A stretch of DNA of 64,000 nucleotides from Candidatus Doudnabacteria bacterium. Its GTDB lineage: Bacteria; Patescibacteriota; Doudnabacteria; UBA920. The stretch is taken from NCBI GenBank assembly GCA_963837465.1, contig CAWINB010000001.1, positions 297,036-361,035 on the forward strand, in the 5' to 3' direction. The first letter of the stretch is position 1, and every line of letters begins with the position of its first letter. Shown piece after piece: positions 26,030 through 35,423 of this stretch. The notes under the pieces were generated by a model that worked only from the letters and a program-made list of their open reading frames with translations, was not told where the DNA came from and did not search any database. The translations under genes and the position numbers were made by a program.

Positions 26030-27136
26030 TTAAATTATATTATTTTTTAAACTGGTTGGCACATTGATAAATTTTTTGCATTCACCCTTTTCCATGTACA
26101 CCAAATCCTCTATGCGTATGCCGCCTAAGTTTGGGAAGTAGACGCCGGGTTCTATGCTAAAAACCATGCCGTCTTTTAAAATATCTTTTGACCCGGGCGA
26201 TAAATTCGGCAGTTCGTGGATTTCCAGGCCGGTGCCGTGTCCCAGGGAATGGATAAAATACTTTTCCAGATGTTTTTCGGCAAGGATATTTACGGCGGTT
26301 TGATAAATGCCGTTTCCTGTAACATCACTGTCATTGCGGGGGAACGCACCCGACCGAAGCAATCTATTGTTTCTAAGATTAGATTGCTTCGGCCGCGCTC
26401 GCAATGACACACATTCATTATAAGCCTTCTCCACCTGATTATAAGCCATTTCCAGTTTTTTTGGAACTGTTTTTAAAAATACCGTACGGGTAAAATCACT
26501 GCAGTAATTTTTGTGCTTGAACCCGAAATCTAAAATAATAGACTCCCCGGCTTTTAATTTTTTACCCGACGGAATGTGATGGGGAACAGCCGCGTTGGCG
26601 CCGGCGGCCACAATGGCCGGAAAGGACACAGTCTCAGCGCCCATTTTTAACCCGCTGGATTCTATAAATTTTGCCAATTTTATTTCCGTCATCCCCGGCT
26701 TTTTTATTTCCTCGCGCGCCAGGCCAAAAACCCGCTCCACAATCTGCATGGATTTTTTAACCAGCGCGATTTCCCCGGACTCCTTGATTTGCCGCATAAC
26801 ATCCACGGCACTCCTAACCGGCTTAACCCTGACCCCTTTCCCCTTAGCCCTAATGTACTTGGCCTCGCCAAAAGTAAAATCGTAACCGACTTCCAAAGCC
26901 GAATCGGGCTTTAGGTATTGGCCGATGTTTTTTAAGCGGTCAACTTTGGCCACGCCGGTGATTTTTTCCAGGCCTGAGCCAAAAAAAACAACATCATTTT
27001 TCTTAACCAGCAAAAACCCGTCCGACCTTGAAAAATCCTCCCCTGTTAAGTAAAGGAGGTTTTCTTTTTTCTTGATTAAAAGGGGGTTAGTTAATTTTTC
27101 CCTCAACTTTCGGATTATAGCTTGATTTATAGCCAT
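26030..27136 (-). CDS. pepP: M24-family Xaa-Pro aminopeptidase with an in-frame palindromic-element insertion
   Basis: HGTGLEIHE..., pita-bread fold motifs; insert ARPKQSNLRNNRLLRSGAFPRNDSDVTG encoded by repeat family B copy 1. Confidence 0.8.
   Translation of the reverse strand: MAINQAIIRKLREKLTNPLLIKKKENLLYLTGEDFSRSDGFLLVKKNDVVFFGSGLEKITGVAKVDRLKNIGQYLKPDSALEVGYDFTFGEAKYIRAKGKGVRVKPVRSAVDVMRQIKESGEIALVKKSMQIVERVFGLAREEIKKPGMTEIKLAKFIESSGLKMGAETVSFPAIVAAGANAAVPHHIPSGKKLKAGESIILDFGFKHKNYCSDFTRTVFLKTVPKKLEMAYNQVEKAYNECVSLRARPKQSNLRNNRLLRSGAFPRNDSDVTGNGIYQTAVNILAEKHLEKYFIHSLGHGTGLEIHELPNLSPGSKDILKDGMVFSIEPGVYFPNLGGIRIEDLVYMEKGECKKFINVPTSLKNNII
26330..26408. repeat. Palindromic mini-element family B, copy 1, inside pepP
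   Basis: gtcattgcg ggggaacgcacccgaccgaagcaatct ... agattgcttcggccgcgct cgcaatgac (nested inverted repeats). Confidence 0.8.
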
Positions 27137-27256
27137 GACTTACGGCCTGGGTGTAAATTTGTTGTAAAAGTTCCGCGGCTTTATCAACCAAATCTCGCAA
27201 ACCCGCATCCGTTAAAGAATAAATATCCGTAGCTTTTGATTGTATTTGTTGTAATA
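27091..27256 (-). pseudogene. C-terminal fragment of a small gene split by the IS630 insertion
   Basis: Removing the IS and one TA restores the frame: ...FKGQLDI-LQQIQSKATDIYSLTDAGLRDLVDKAAELLQQIYTQAVSHGYKSSYNPKVEGKIN*. Confidence 0.55.
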
Positions 27257-27283
27257 TATACTCTCTTGCTAAATTAATTCCGA

Positions 27284-27859
27284 TTATATAATTTCAAAAT
27301 TAAGAGTTAATAGTGTTTTAAGCTCCGCTTTGTACTGAGATATGTTTTTAAAGAAATCATGTATGGCGATTGTAAACTCCTGAAAGGTTTTGTAGTACTT
27401 GTTGGCTTTAACTTTCTTTTTCATGAATTTCCAGAGGCGTTCAATCAAGTTTAAGTTGGGAGAATACGGCGGCAGGAACAACAGCTCAATGCCCAGATGT
27501 TTCGCTTCCTCGTTGGCCTGCTTGCTATGGTTGTACTTGGCGTTATCCAGGAAAATGTATATGGTTTTAGCTTTAGGATAATCTTTTCTGACTTCCCCTA
27601 AGAATATTGTCATCATTTGCCCGTCACAGTTATCTTCGGTCGTCAAAATAGTGGGTTTAAAAGCTACGGGGTTGATAGCGCCAATAACAGTTAATCTTTC
27701 CCGGCCGCTGTTTGAAGGAACCTTTTTAGTTTCACTTTTACCTTTAAGTTGCCAGCAGTAGCTATTGTCAGCATTATGGACCAGGTGAGCGGGGTCTAAA
27801 AACAGCACGATGCCTTTGTCTTTATCAGCTTTCTTTATGGTTTTAAAGATTAATTTCAC
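27284..27859 (-). CDS. IS630 transposase, DDE catalytic part (orfB)
   Basis: ...IFLDNAKYNHS...LPPYSPNLNLIERLW... (DD(34)E region). Confidence 0.85.
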   Translation of the reverse strand: MKLIFKTIKKADKDKGIVLFLDPAHLVHNADNSYCWQLKGKSETKKVPSNSGRERLTVIGAINPVAFKPTILTTEDNCDGQMMTIFLGEVRKDYPKAKTIYIFLDNAKYNHSKQANEEAKHLGIELLFLPPYSPNLNLIERLWKFMKKKVKANKYYKTFQEFTIAIHDFFKNISQYKAELKTLLTLNFEII

Positions 27860-27900
27860 AAAATCTTCCTGGGTCTCTCTGTCAGGCGCGCCGCTGGGAA

Positions 27901-28320
27901 CTATATGGGTTTTTTTGTAAGATAAATTGAGTTTTTTTTACAGCAGCGAAACAGCCAGCTTTGTTCCATCTCAATTGAATATTTTTCCTTAATCCAGGCC
28001 TGCATTTCAGCTAAAGTCGTAATAGTGTTGTCTTTTACATCTTGTTTGATTTGGTCTACATAATCATTAATTTTTGACTTCCGTTTATCTTTAAATTGTA
28101 GCTTGCGTAGTCCCTGTAGTTTCTCGGATTGATAGATTTTTATCCAGTCTGTAATCGTATCCACGCAGACATTAAACGCTTCCGCGATCTCCTGATGGTT
28201 TTGCCCCTGGTTCAGTAACTTTATGGCCTCCAGACGGCGCAGAACTCTGACATTTTTTTCCTGTTCCTGAAGTTGTTTAATCTTTTTAAGCTCACTGACG
28301 GACAGTTTTATTTGGTACAT
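27901..28320 (-). CDS. IS630 transposase, N-terminal HTH part (orfA); probably joined to orfB by a programmed frameshift
   Basis: HTH-like QGQNHQEIAEAFNVCVDTITDWIK; slippery T-runs at 27905-27950. Confidence 0.75.
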   Translation of the reverse strand: MYQIKLSVSELKKIKQLQEQEKNVRVLRRLEAIKLLNQGQNHQEIAEAFNVCVDTITDWIKIYQSEKLQGLRKLQFKDKRKSKINDYVDQIKQDVKDNTITTLAEMQAWIKEKYSIEMEQSWLFRCCKKNSIYLTKKPI

Positions 28321-28387
28321 TTTGTTAGGGTTAAGGCTCTTGGCCTTATTCTAACATTTCGGAATTAATTTAGCAAGAGAGTATATC

Positions 28388-28555
28388 AAGCTGACCTTTA
28401 AAAAGACTCTCAAGGTTTTTTTGTTCCTCGCGGCCTGGAATATCATATCCCGCGAATGCTTGGGTAATTTCTTTAAGAAAAAACTCCAGGCTGGCTTTAA
28501 GTTTTTGTCGTTCTGATGATTCTCCCGCATTACCGGCTTCTGGGGGCTTATTCAT
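28388..28555 (-). pseudogene. N-terminal fragment of the gene split by IS630
   Basis: MNKPPEAGNAGESSERQKLKASLEFFLKEITQAFAGYDIPGREEQKNLESLFKGQL; the track ORF 28370-28555 ends inside the right inverted repeat. Confidence 0.55.
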
Positions 28556-28565
28556 AGAATATTAT

Positions 28566-28796
28566 TTACAACAGCATATCTTCCGGCACCTGCAAATTGC
28601 GCAGTATCCCGTTATGCCTGTCGCGGTCTTTGGCGGTCATTATTTCCTGTTGCGACAAGTTGTCCAGTTCCATAATTTCCGCCTCTGCCGCGGTTTTATC
28701 CGTATTATATTCGGGCAGTCCGAGCATATAATGGCTTAAAAAAGAGGTGATTGTTTGGACTTTGGCCCTGTCAACGGGGAGTTCATTGGTATCCAT
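28566..28796 (-). CDS. Hypothetical small protein (76 aa)
   Basis: ORF only. Confidence 0.35.
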   Translation of the reverse strand: MDTNELPVDRAKVQTITSFLSHYMLGLPEYNTDKTAAEAEIMELDNLSQQEIMTAKDRDRHNGILRNLQVPEDMLL

Positions 28797-28807
28797 AAAA
28801 GTTATGG

Positions 28808-30241
28808 TTAACTTATCTTTTCTTTAAGATAGCCGCTGATTTTATTTATGTCAACCCGCGGCTGCTCCTTGGTATCGCGGTCGCGGATGGTAACGGTATT
28901 GTCTTCCAAGGATTGGAAATCCACGGTCACGCAATACGGCGTGCCGATTTCGTCCTGGGAGTAATATCTTTTGCCGACATTCCCCCGCTCGTCCCAGGCA
29001 ACACTAAAATGTTTTTTAAGTTCATTATAAATTTCCCTGGCTTTAACCACCAATTCCGGTTTGTTTTTAAGCAGCGGAAAAACCGCGACTTTGTATGGCG
29101 CTAAATGCGGAGGCAGCGCCAGGTATACGCGCTTGTCGTTTCCTTGAGAATCTTCGCGATAAAATTCAAACAATGTTGCCAAAAACAGCCGTCCAAAACC
29201 GCCCGAACATTCTACAATATAGGGATTAAATTTTTCATTGGTTTCCGCGTCATAATATCTAAGGTCTTGTCCGGAAAATTTTGAATGCTGGTCCAAATCG
29301 TAACTACCGCGGTCGTGCACGCCCTCTATTTCTTTAAAACCCAACTCGGCAAACTTAAATTCCACATCCCAGGCGTCTGTAGCGTAAAAAGCTTTTTCAT
29401 CTTTTTCATGCTGGCGCCAACGGAGATGCTCGGAGTTAAACCGCATCATTTTAGTGTAAAAATCCCAACGATTTTGTTTCCATTCCTGGTAATATTTTGG
29501 CGCGTCTGCGGGACGGCAAAAATACTGGAGATCCATTTGTTCAAATTCCCTGGTACGGAATAAAAAATTCTTAACGGTAATCTCATTCCTGAACGCTTTG
29601 CCGATTTGCGCTATGCCAAAGGGCAATTTGCGCCGGGTGGTTTCTAAAACACTTTTCCAGTCTACGTAAATATTTTGACAGCTTTCGCCTTTCAAATAAA
29701 CTAAAGTAGACTCATCCTCCACGGCGCCCAAATGGGTTTTAACTAATTGGTTAAACTTTTTTGCTTTAGTAAGCGGATTGCCGTCCGGACTTTTAAGCTT
29801 CTGCCCAACGATTATTTCATCAATTTGCTCCAAGCTTAAACCTCCGGCATTTGCCATAATCCCGGCTTCTTCAATAAGATGGTCGGCGCGATACCGTTTA
29901 TGGGTAACCATATCTTCTACCAAAGTGTCCGCAAAGCCGCCAATATGACCCGAAGCTTCCCAAACTTTTGGATGCATAAAAATAGCGCCTTCAATTTCCA
30001 CGACATCGTCGCGCATTTCCACATTCCATTTACGCCAGGCAAATTCAATATTTTTTTTGAGCAAAAACCCTAAAGGGCCAAAATCGTAAGTAGCGGCAAA
30101 ACCGCCGTAAATTTCCGAGCTTGGATACACAAACCCCCGGCGCTTGCACAAACTGACAATTTTTTCCATCAAATCGTTATTTTCCATATGGTTTATTATA
30201 GCAAAAGTGGGGTTTTTAGACAAAAGAAAACCGCCGACCAA
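28808..30241 (-). CDS. glyQS: Glycyl-tRNA synthetase, alpha2 (GlyQS) type
   Basis: ...YPSSEIYGGFAATYDFGPLGFLLKKNI...; class II motifs; probable start MENNDLMEK. Confidence 0.85.
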   Translation of the reverse strand: MVGGFLLSKNPTFAIINHMENNDLMEKIVSLCKRRGFVYPSSEIYGGFAATYDFGPLGFLLKKNIEFAWRKWNVEMRDDVVEIEGAIFMHPKVWEASGHIGGFADTLVEDMVTHKRYRADHLIEEAGIMANAGGLSLEQIDEIIVGQKLKSPDGNPLTKAKKFNQLVKTHLGAVEDESTLVYLKGESCQNIYVDWKSVLETTRRKLPFGIAQIGKAFRNEITVKNFLFRTREFEQMDLQYFCRPADAPKYYQEWKQNRWDFYTKMMRFNSEHLRWRQHEKDEKAFYATDAWDVEFKFAELGFKEIEGVHDRGSYDLDQHSKFSGQDLRYYDAETNEKFNPYIVECSGGFGRLFLATLFEFYREDSQGNDKRVYLALPPHLAPYKVAVFPLLKNKPELVVKAREIYNELKKHFSVAWDERGNVGKRYYSQDEIGTPYCVTVDFQSLEDNTVTIRDRDTKEQPRVDINKISGYLKEKIS

Positions 30242-30273
30242 CTGTCAGATGACAGCCGGCGGCGGCCCTTGGA

Positions 30274-30504
30274 CTATTTGGGGGGCTTGCTCTTGCGGCG
30301 GGCCGCCCAGTATTTTTTCATTCTCGCCGAGACTTCCTCGCGCTCAGCGGAGCTCATGGACTTTCGTCCACGGCGCTTTTCGCTTTTCGGCTTCGGCGGC
30401 ATGCCGCCGCCCGCCGCGCGTTGCAAGCCCTCAAGGGCGGCAATAACGCGCTCTATTTTTTCTTTTTCGGCGTATAAGTCCTGAATCGCTTTATATAGAT
30501 TCAT
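30274..30504 (-). CDS. Hypothetical small basic protein (76 aa)
   Basis: Lys/Arg-rich C-terminus; ORF only. Confidence 0.35.
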   Translation of the reverse strand: MNLYKAIQDLYAEKEKIERVIAALEGLQRAAGGGMPPKPKSEKRRGRKSMSSAEREEVSARMKKYWAARRKSKPPK

Positions 30505-30673
30505 TTTATATTCTCCCTCCTGCTAATTTTTGCATACTACGCAAATTGCAGGTCGTTCATTGTTTCACAAAACGGCCAAAATGTAAAGGGCCCGCTTTGG
30601 CGCGGGCCCTAATAAAAAACACGGCTGTCCGGATGAAGTCCGCCTGGAATTTGCAGAGCCTTTACATTTGGGG

Positions 30674-30713
30674 TCCGTAACAACTAGCGTACTAGTACGC
30701 TAATACGTTACGG
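30674..30713. repeat. 40-bp near-perfect palindrome, family C (inner 16-bp perfect AGCGTACTAGTACGCT)
   Basis: tccgtaac aact agcgtactagtacgct aata cgttacgga. Confidence 0.85.
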
Positions 30714-30781
30714 ATCGATGGATTTGAATTTGGTATGATCGCGGCAGTTTTTTACCGCTCAACTTCGTTCGTGACAAAAAA

Positions 30782-32023
30782 TCAATTTTCCCCATATTCC
30801 CTGTAATTTTTTACCATGTCATCAAAATAGTCGTACTGTATAGCATCGCGGATTTTTTGCATTAGGTTTAGGTAAAAACGCAGGTTGTGCATTGTGGCCA
30901 GGCGAATGGCCAGGGGTTCGCCGCTGGCAAACAGGTGGCGGAGGTAACTTTTGGTGTGGTTGAGGCAAAGGTAGCAATTGCAGGTGTTATCTATGGTAGT
31001 AAAGTCTTCTTTGTATTTTTCAAGCCCGATGTCGATAGTTGAGTAACCTTCAACTAGTTGACGGCTATGGTCTTTATTAAAATTTTGATTTTCGCCATCG
31101 GGCGCGGCCCGCCGAAGCCTTGGCGAAGGCGGGCCGCCCTGCTCTCCCTTGTAACTAACATACAACTTCCCATGCCGTGCTTCCCTTGTCGGAATTACGC
31201 AGTCAAAAGTATCACACCCCCGGCTTACCGCCTGCACAATATCAAAAGGCGTACCCACTCCCAATAAATGCTTTGGCGCGGCTTCGGGCAGAAACGGCAC
31301 GGATGCTTCCACGGCCAGCATCATTTCCTTACGCGGCTCGCCCACAGCCACGCCGCCAATGGCAAAGGCCTCAAAGCCAAGCGAGACCATATCTGCCGCT
31401 GATTGCTGGCGCAAATCCGGGAAACTGGCGCCCTGGACAATCCCCCACAGCCTTTGTCCGGGGTTAATCGGGTCGCCATTGCGTAAAATATTTATAAATT
31501 CCTTTTGCGCGCGTTCTGCCCATCTTTTTGTAAGGGCTATGGATTCCTTGGAGCGTTCATGGGTAAAAGGATAGCCGGGAAAATCATCCAAAATCAGCGC
31601 TATATCACTGCCCAAATTGGCCTGGATTTGCACGGACTTTTCGGGTGACAAAACCTCACTGCGGCCGTCCAAATCGAACTGAAATAAAACTCCGGCTTCC
31701 ATAACTTTACGCATTTTAGCCAAACTAAAAACCTGGAATCCCCCGCTGTCCGTAAAAATCGGCCCTTTCCAGTTCATAAACTTATGCAGGCCCCCGGCTT
31801 TGTAAATGAGCGGGTCCCCCGGCCGCTGCCACAAATGGTAAGTATTGGCCAAAATAATTTCCGCTCCCCAAAACTTTAACTCCTCGCTCGTAACCGCCTT
31901 AACCGTCCCCTTAGTCCCGATAGCCAAAAACGCCGGCGTATTCACATCGCCATGCGCGGTATGAATTACCCCGTTGCGGGCTTTGGATTGTTCGTCTTTT
32001 TTTAGGATATCGAAGTAAGGCAT
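30782..32023 (-). CDS. tgt: Queuine tRNA-ribosyltransferase with an ~45-aa in-frame insertion
   Basis: Tgt motifs (GVIHTAHGDVNTPAF..., Zn-site CxCxxC...H: CNCYLCLNHTKSYLRH); insert encoded around the GC hairpin 31100-31139. Confidence 0.85.
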   Translation of the reverse strand: MPYFDILKKDEQSKARNGVIHTAHGDVNTPAFLAIGTKGTVKAVTSEELKFWGAEIILANTYHLWQRPGDPLIYKAGGLHKFMNWKGPIFTDSGGFQVFSLAKMRKVMEAGVLFQFDLDGRSEVLSPEKSVQIQANLGSDIALILDDFPGYPFTHERSKESIALTKRWAERAQKEFINILRNGDPINPGQRLWGIVQGASFPDLRQQSAADMVSLGFEAFAIGGVAVGEPRKEMMLAVEASVPFLPEAAPKHLLGVGTPFDIVQAVSRGCDTFDCVIPTREARHGKLYVSYKGEQGGPPSPRLRRAAPDGENQNFNKDHSRQLVEGYSTIDIGLEKYKEDFTTIDNTCNCYLCLNHTKSYLRHLFASGEPLAIRLATMHNLRFYLNLMQKIRDAIQYDYFDDMVKNYREYGEN

Positions 32024-32030
32024 AATGATT

Positions 32031-32101
32031 TGTCATTGCGAGGAGTGCGGCCGACGAAGCAATCTGTGATAAAAATATCGCTTCGGATGCACTCGCGATG
32101 A
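32031..32101. repeat. Palindromic mini-element family B, copy 2 (intergenic)
   Basis: gtcattgcg aggagtgcggccgacgaagcaatct ... atcgcttcggatgcact cgcgatgac. Confidence 0.8.
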
Positions 32102-32171
32102 CAGCTTAGGGTAGTATAAAGTAAAAAGTGGAAAGTAAAACAGCGTCCAAACCAGGGCGCTGTTTTACTAA

Positions 32172-32543
32172 CTAATTTGCTTTAGGCACTTGGTTACGAA
32201 TTTTTTCTAAGACTATTTTCCAATCATCTGAACCTTCCACTACTTCGGCCACGATTATGCTAACTTGAGACTGGTTTCTAAAGAACTCTGCAATCTCTTT
32301 TCTGGGCGCCCCAGAATCAATAAACTTCTTTATTTGTTCACCTACAACTTTAGCCGTAGTTGGATCGCGTTTTGCCAACTCCAAAAACTTAGCTACACTA
32401 ATCCCCGCGTCTGACATTTGTTTTTCAAAACTCGGAGATTTACCCACTCCGCCTTTATTATCAGGGCGATTATGAGGCCGTAGACCAGGAGGCAAATCAC
32501 CAAAGCTAGATGGATGGCTTCTCCTAGATGTATAGTTTGGCAT
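32172..32543 (-). CDS. Hypothetical protein (start probably internal, near 32417)
   Basis: N-terminal 42 residues are low-complexity; a conserved-looking core begins at MSDAGISVAKFLELAKR. Confidence 0.35.
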   Translation of the reverse strand: MPNYTSRRSHPSSFGDLPPGLRPHNRPDNKGGVGKSPSFEKQMSDAGISVAKFLELAKRDPTTAKVVGEQIKKFIDSGAPRKEIAEFFRNQSQVSIIVAEVVEGSDDWKIVLEKIRNQVPKAN

Positions 32544-32570
32544 ATATTTTTATTAACTTTAAATTATGAT

Positions 32571-34808
32571 CTATCTGTCAAAATTCCTTCTCGGGGGTCT
32601 GGAGCCGCTGTGGCCGCCGGAAGATGGACGGCGGGGAGGACCGTCGAAGCCGCGGTCATTGGCCGAGGCGAGTTGCTCGGGGGTTGGGGCCGAGGCAAAA
32701 GGTTTGTGGGTTAGGTTAATGCGGCCTTGGTCGTCTATTTCACTGACCTGGACTTTTAAAGTGTCGCCAATATGGACTACATCTTCCACTTTGTTGACGC
32801 GGTAGTTGGCCAGTTGGGAAATGTGGACCAGGCCGTCTTTGCCGGGCAGGACTTCCACAAACGCGCCAAAATCCATAATGCGCACGACTTTGCCTTCGTA
32901 AATTTCACCGGGCTCAACTTCGCGCACAATATCCTGAATCCACTTCACGGCCTTGGCCGAACTTTCGGCATCGGTGGAAGTAACCATCACCAAGCCGTCG
33001 TCTTCTATATCTATTTTCACGCCAGGACATTTGGCTATAATTTCATTGATAATTTTGCCGCCGCTGCCAATAACTTCGCGGATTTTATCCGGCTTAATCT
33101 TAAAGCTGGTAATGCGCGGCGCGTACGGGGAGAGTTCATGGCGCGGCGCGGCCAGGGTTTCTGTCATTTTGGAAAGGATGTGGACGCGCGCCGGTTTGGC
33201 CTGCTGCAGAGCTTTGTCCAAAATATCCGCGCTCAAACCTTTAACTTTCATGTCCAGCTGCAAAGCGGTAACGCCCTGGTCTGAACCGGTAACTTTAAAA
33301 TCCATATGGCCGTTAAAATCTTCTATACCGGCAATGTCGGTAAGCACTTTAAAGTTGGAAGGGTTGGTTTCATCCATAACCAAACCCATGGCGCAGCCGC
33401 CGATAATGTGTTTAATGGGAACTCCCGCGTCCATTAAAGCCAAAGTTGAGCCGCAGGTGGATGCCATGGAGGTGGAACCGTTGGACGAAAGCACTTCACT
33501 GACCAGGCGCATAGTGTAAGGAAAAGATTCCTGGTCGGGCAGCACCACTTCCACGGCGCGTTCGGCCAGCATGCCGTGGCCGATTTCGCGGCGGCCGGCG
33601 CCTCTTAAAGGCGCGACTTCGCCAACGGAATAGCCGGGCATATTGTAGTGGTGGATATAGCGCTTGGCGCGACCGTCAGCCGGGTCTTCCATGCCATCTA
33701 ACAACTGTTCGTCACCTTTACTGCCAAGAGTAACTGTAGTTAAAGCCTGGGTTTCGCCGCGGGTAAACAAAGCGCTGCCGTGGGTGCGCGGCAAAATGCC
33801 GACTTCGCAGGAAATAGGACGCGTCTCAGTAAGCGAACGTCCGTCTACCCGGCGTTCGTGCTCCAGAATCTGCTTCTGCTGGTATTTTTTTAAAACTTTA
33901 TCCACAGCCCCGGCCGCTTCCTTGGCAACATCCACGCCCTGAATTTCCCCCAACGCCAAAACCGCGGCGTCGGAAATTTCTTTGGTCAGAACGCTGACGT
34001 TTATATCGCGCTGGGCTTTTATCTTAACGTAAACCGCCGCTTCAATTTTATCGGCCGTTAAAAGTTCCTTGACTTTGGCCATAACGGCATCGTGCGGCTT
34101 TATAATTACAGGCTCGGCTTTGGGAATGTTGATTTGCTTGGCAAACTCAATTTGCGTTTTTACCAGAACATCCAGATATTGCTGGGCGAATTTTATGCCT
34201 TCCACGATTTCCGCTTCCGTAACCAGCATGGCGCCCATTTCAACCATAATAATGTGGTCGCCGGTGCCGCAGACGATTAAATCCATAGTGGATGCTACCT
34301 GCCGCTCGCGCGTGGGGTTTACCACATATTGTCCGTCTATTTTCCCCACCCGCACGCCGGCAACCGGGCCGTCGTAGGGAATTCTGGAAATGGCAAGGGC
34401 CATGGAAGCCGCGGTGACGGATAAAATGTCCGGCTCGTTGACGCCGTCGTAAGAAAGGATGGTGGCGATAATCTGCACGTCGTTGCGCATGCCGTCGGGA
34501 AACATGGGCCGAAGCGTGCGGTCTATAACCCGTCCTTTTAAGACGGCATCATCGGTAGCGCGGCCTTCGCGCTTGACCCAGCGCGAGCCTTTTATTTTTC
34601 CGGCCGCGTAGAGTTTTTCTTCGTAATCAACCAGCAGCGGGAAATAATCTATGTTGCTTCTCACGCCTTTGCTCATCATGGCCGTGGCCAGAACCACGGT
34701 ATCGCCCACGCGCGCCAAAACCGCGCCGTCGGCCTGCCCGGCCAGCTTGCCGGTCTCAAACACAAAATCGGCTTCGCCTATTTTGCACGAAATCTTTTTA
34801 CTTTCCAT
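32571..34808 (-). CDS. pnp: Polyribonucleotide nucleotidyltransferase (PNPase)
   Basis: Two RNase PH domains, KH, S1, RG-rich tail; 745 aa. Confidence 0.95.
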   Translation of the reverse strand: MESKKISCKIGEADFVFETGKLAGQADGAVLARVGDTVVLATAMMSKGVRSNIDYFPLLVDYEEKLYAAGKIKGSRWVKREGRATDDAVLKGRVIDRTLRPMFPDGMRNDVQIIATILSYDGVNEPDILSVTAASMALAISRIPYDGPVAGVRVGKIDGQYVVNPTRERQVASTMDLIVCGTGDHIIMVEMGAMLVTEAEIVEGIKFAQQYLDVLVKTQIEFAKQINIPKAEPVIIKPHDAVMAKVKELLTADKIEAAVYVKIKAQRDINVSVLTKEISDAAVLALGEIQGVDVAKEAAGAVDKVLKKYQQKQILEHERRVDGRSLTETRPISCEVGILPRTHGSALFTRGETQALTTVTLGSKGDEQLLDGMEDPADGRAKRYIHHYNMPGYSVGEVAPLRGAGRREIGHGMLAERAVEVVLPDQESFPYTMRLVSEVLSSNGSTSMASTCGSTLALMDAGVPIKHIIGGCAMGLVMDETNPSNFKVLTDIAGIEDFNGHMDFKVTGSDQGVTALQLDMKVKGLSADILDKALQQAKPARVHILSKMTETLAAPRHELSPYAPRITSFKIKPDKIREVIGSGGKIINEIIAKCPGVKIDIEDDGLVMVTSTDAESSAKAVKWIQDIVREVEPGEIYEGKVVRIMDFGAFVEVLPGKDGLVHISQLANYRVNKVEDVVHIGDTLKVQVSEIDDQGRINLTHKPFASAPTPEQLASANDRGFDGPPRRPSSGGHSGSRPPRRNFDR

Positions 34809-34896
34809 TTATTATCCCTTTTGTTCCGGGATGATGCGTGTGTTGACGATGACTTTCAAAAAGCCGTCGCTGTACCCACCCACCATCTTTTGGAAC

Positions 34897-35295
34897 TTAA
34901 TTATTACGTTTTTCCAAAACTTCCTTAATTTTAGCTAATATATCGTCCGGTGTAAAGTAGGCTTTGACCATGTATTCGTCGGCCCTAAGGGACTGCGTCC
35001 TTAAAATATCCTTGTTGCTCCAAAGATTGCTCAGGACAATAACCGGCAGGTCGGAAATTTTTTTGTCCGGATTATCGCGGATTTTTTCCAAAACTTCGAA
35101 ACCGTCCACTTCGGGCATCATTAAGTCCAGTAAAATTATGTCCGGCAGCTCCTGGAACACCATTTCCAGGCCCTGTTTGCCGTCCGGGGCATGGCGGACG
35201 ACAAAACCGGCGGCTTGCAGCTTATGCGCCACAATATCGGCCATAGCCGCGTCATCCTCCATAATAATTACATTTTTGTTTGTTTGTTTAAGCAT
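34897..35295 (-). CDS. Single-domain response regulator (CheY-like receiver)
   Basis: ...IIMEDD...DIILLDLMMPEVDGFEVLEKIR...; the phospho-acceptor Asp is the first D of LLDLMMP. Confidence 0.8.
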   Translation of the reverse strand: MLKQTNKNVIIMEDDAAMADIVAHKLQAAGFVVRHAPDGKQGLEMVFQELPDIILLDLMMPEVDGFEVLEKIRDNPDKKISDLPVIVLSNLWSNKDILRTQSLRADEYMVKAYFTPDDILAKIKEVLEKRNN

Positions 35296-35423
35296 TATTT
35301 TTAACTAACCAGCCAATATTATAGCATAAATTGGTAAAATATGGAAAATGTGATATAATTCTGGCTACAATAAGAAAAAATTAAAATTACTTGCGGAAAT
35401 TAAAATTAACATAAAAAATCAAA

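Larger units (their letters stand above)
27259..28383 (-). mobile_element. IS630/Tc1-mariner-family insertion sequence (about 1.13 kb) with perfect terminal inverted repeats and TA duplication
   Basis: Left inverted repeat tatatactctcttgctaaattaattccga (27255-27283) equals rc of right inverted repeat (28359-28387); TA at 27257-58 and 28384-85; two-ORF transposase. Confidence 0.85.
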
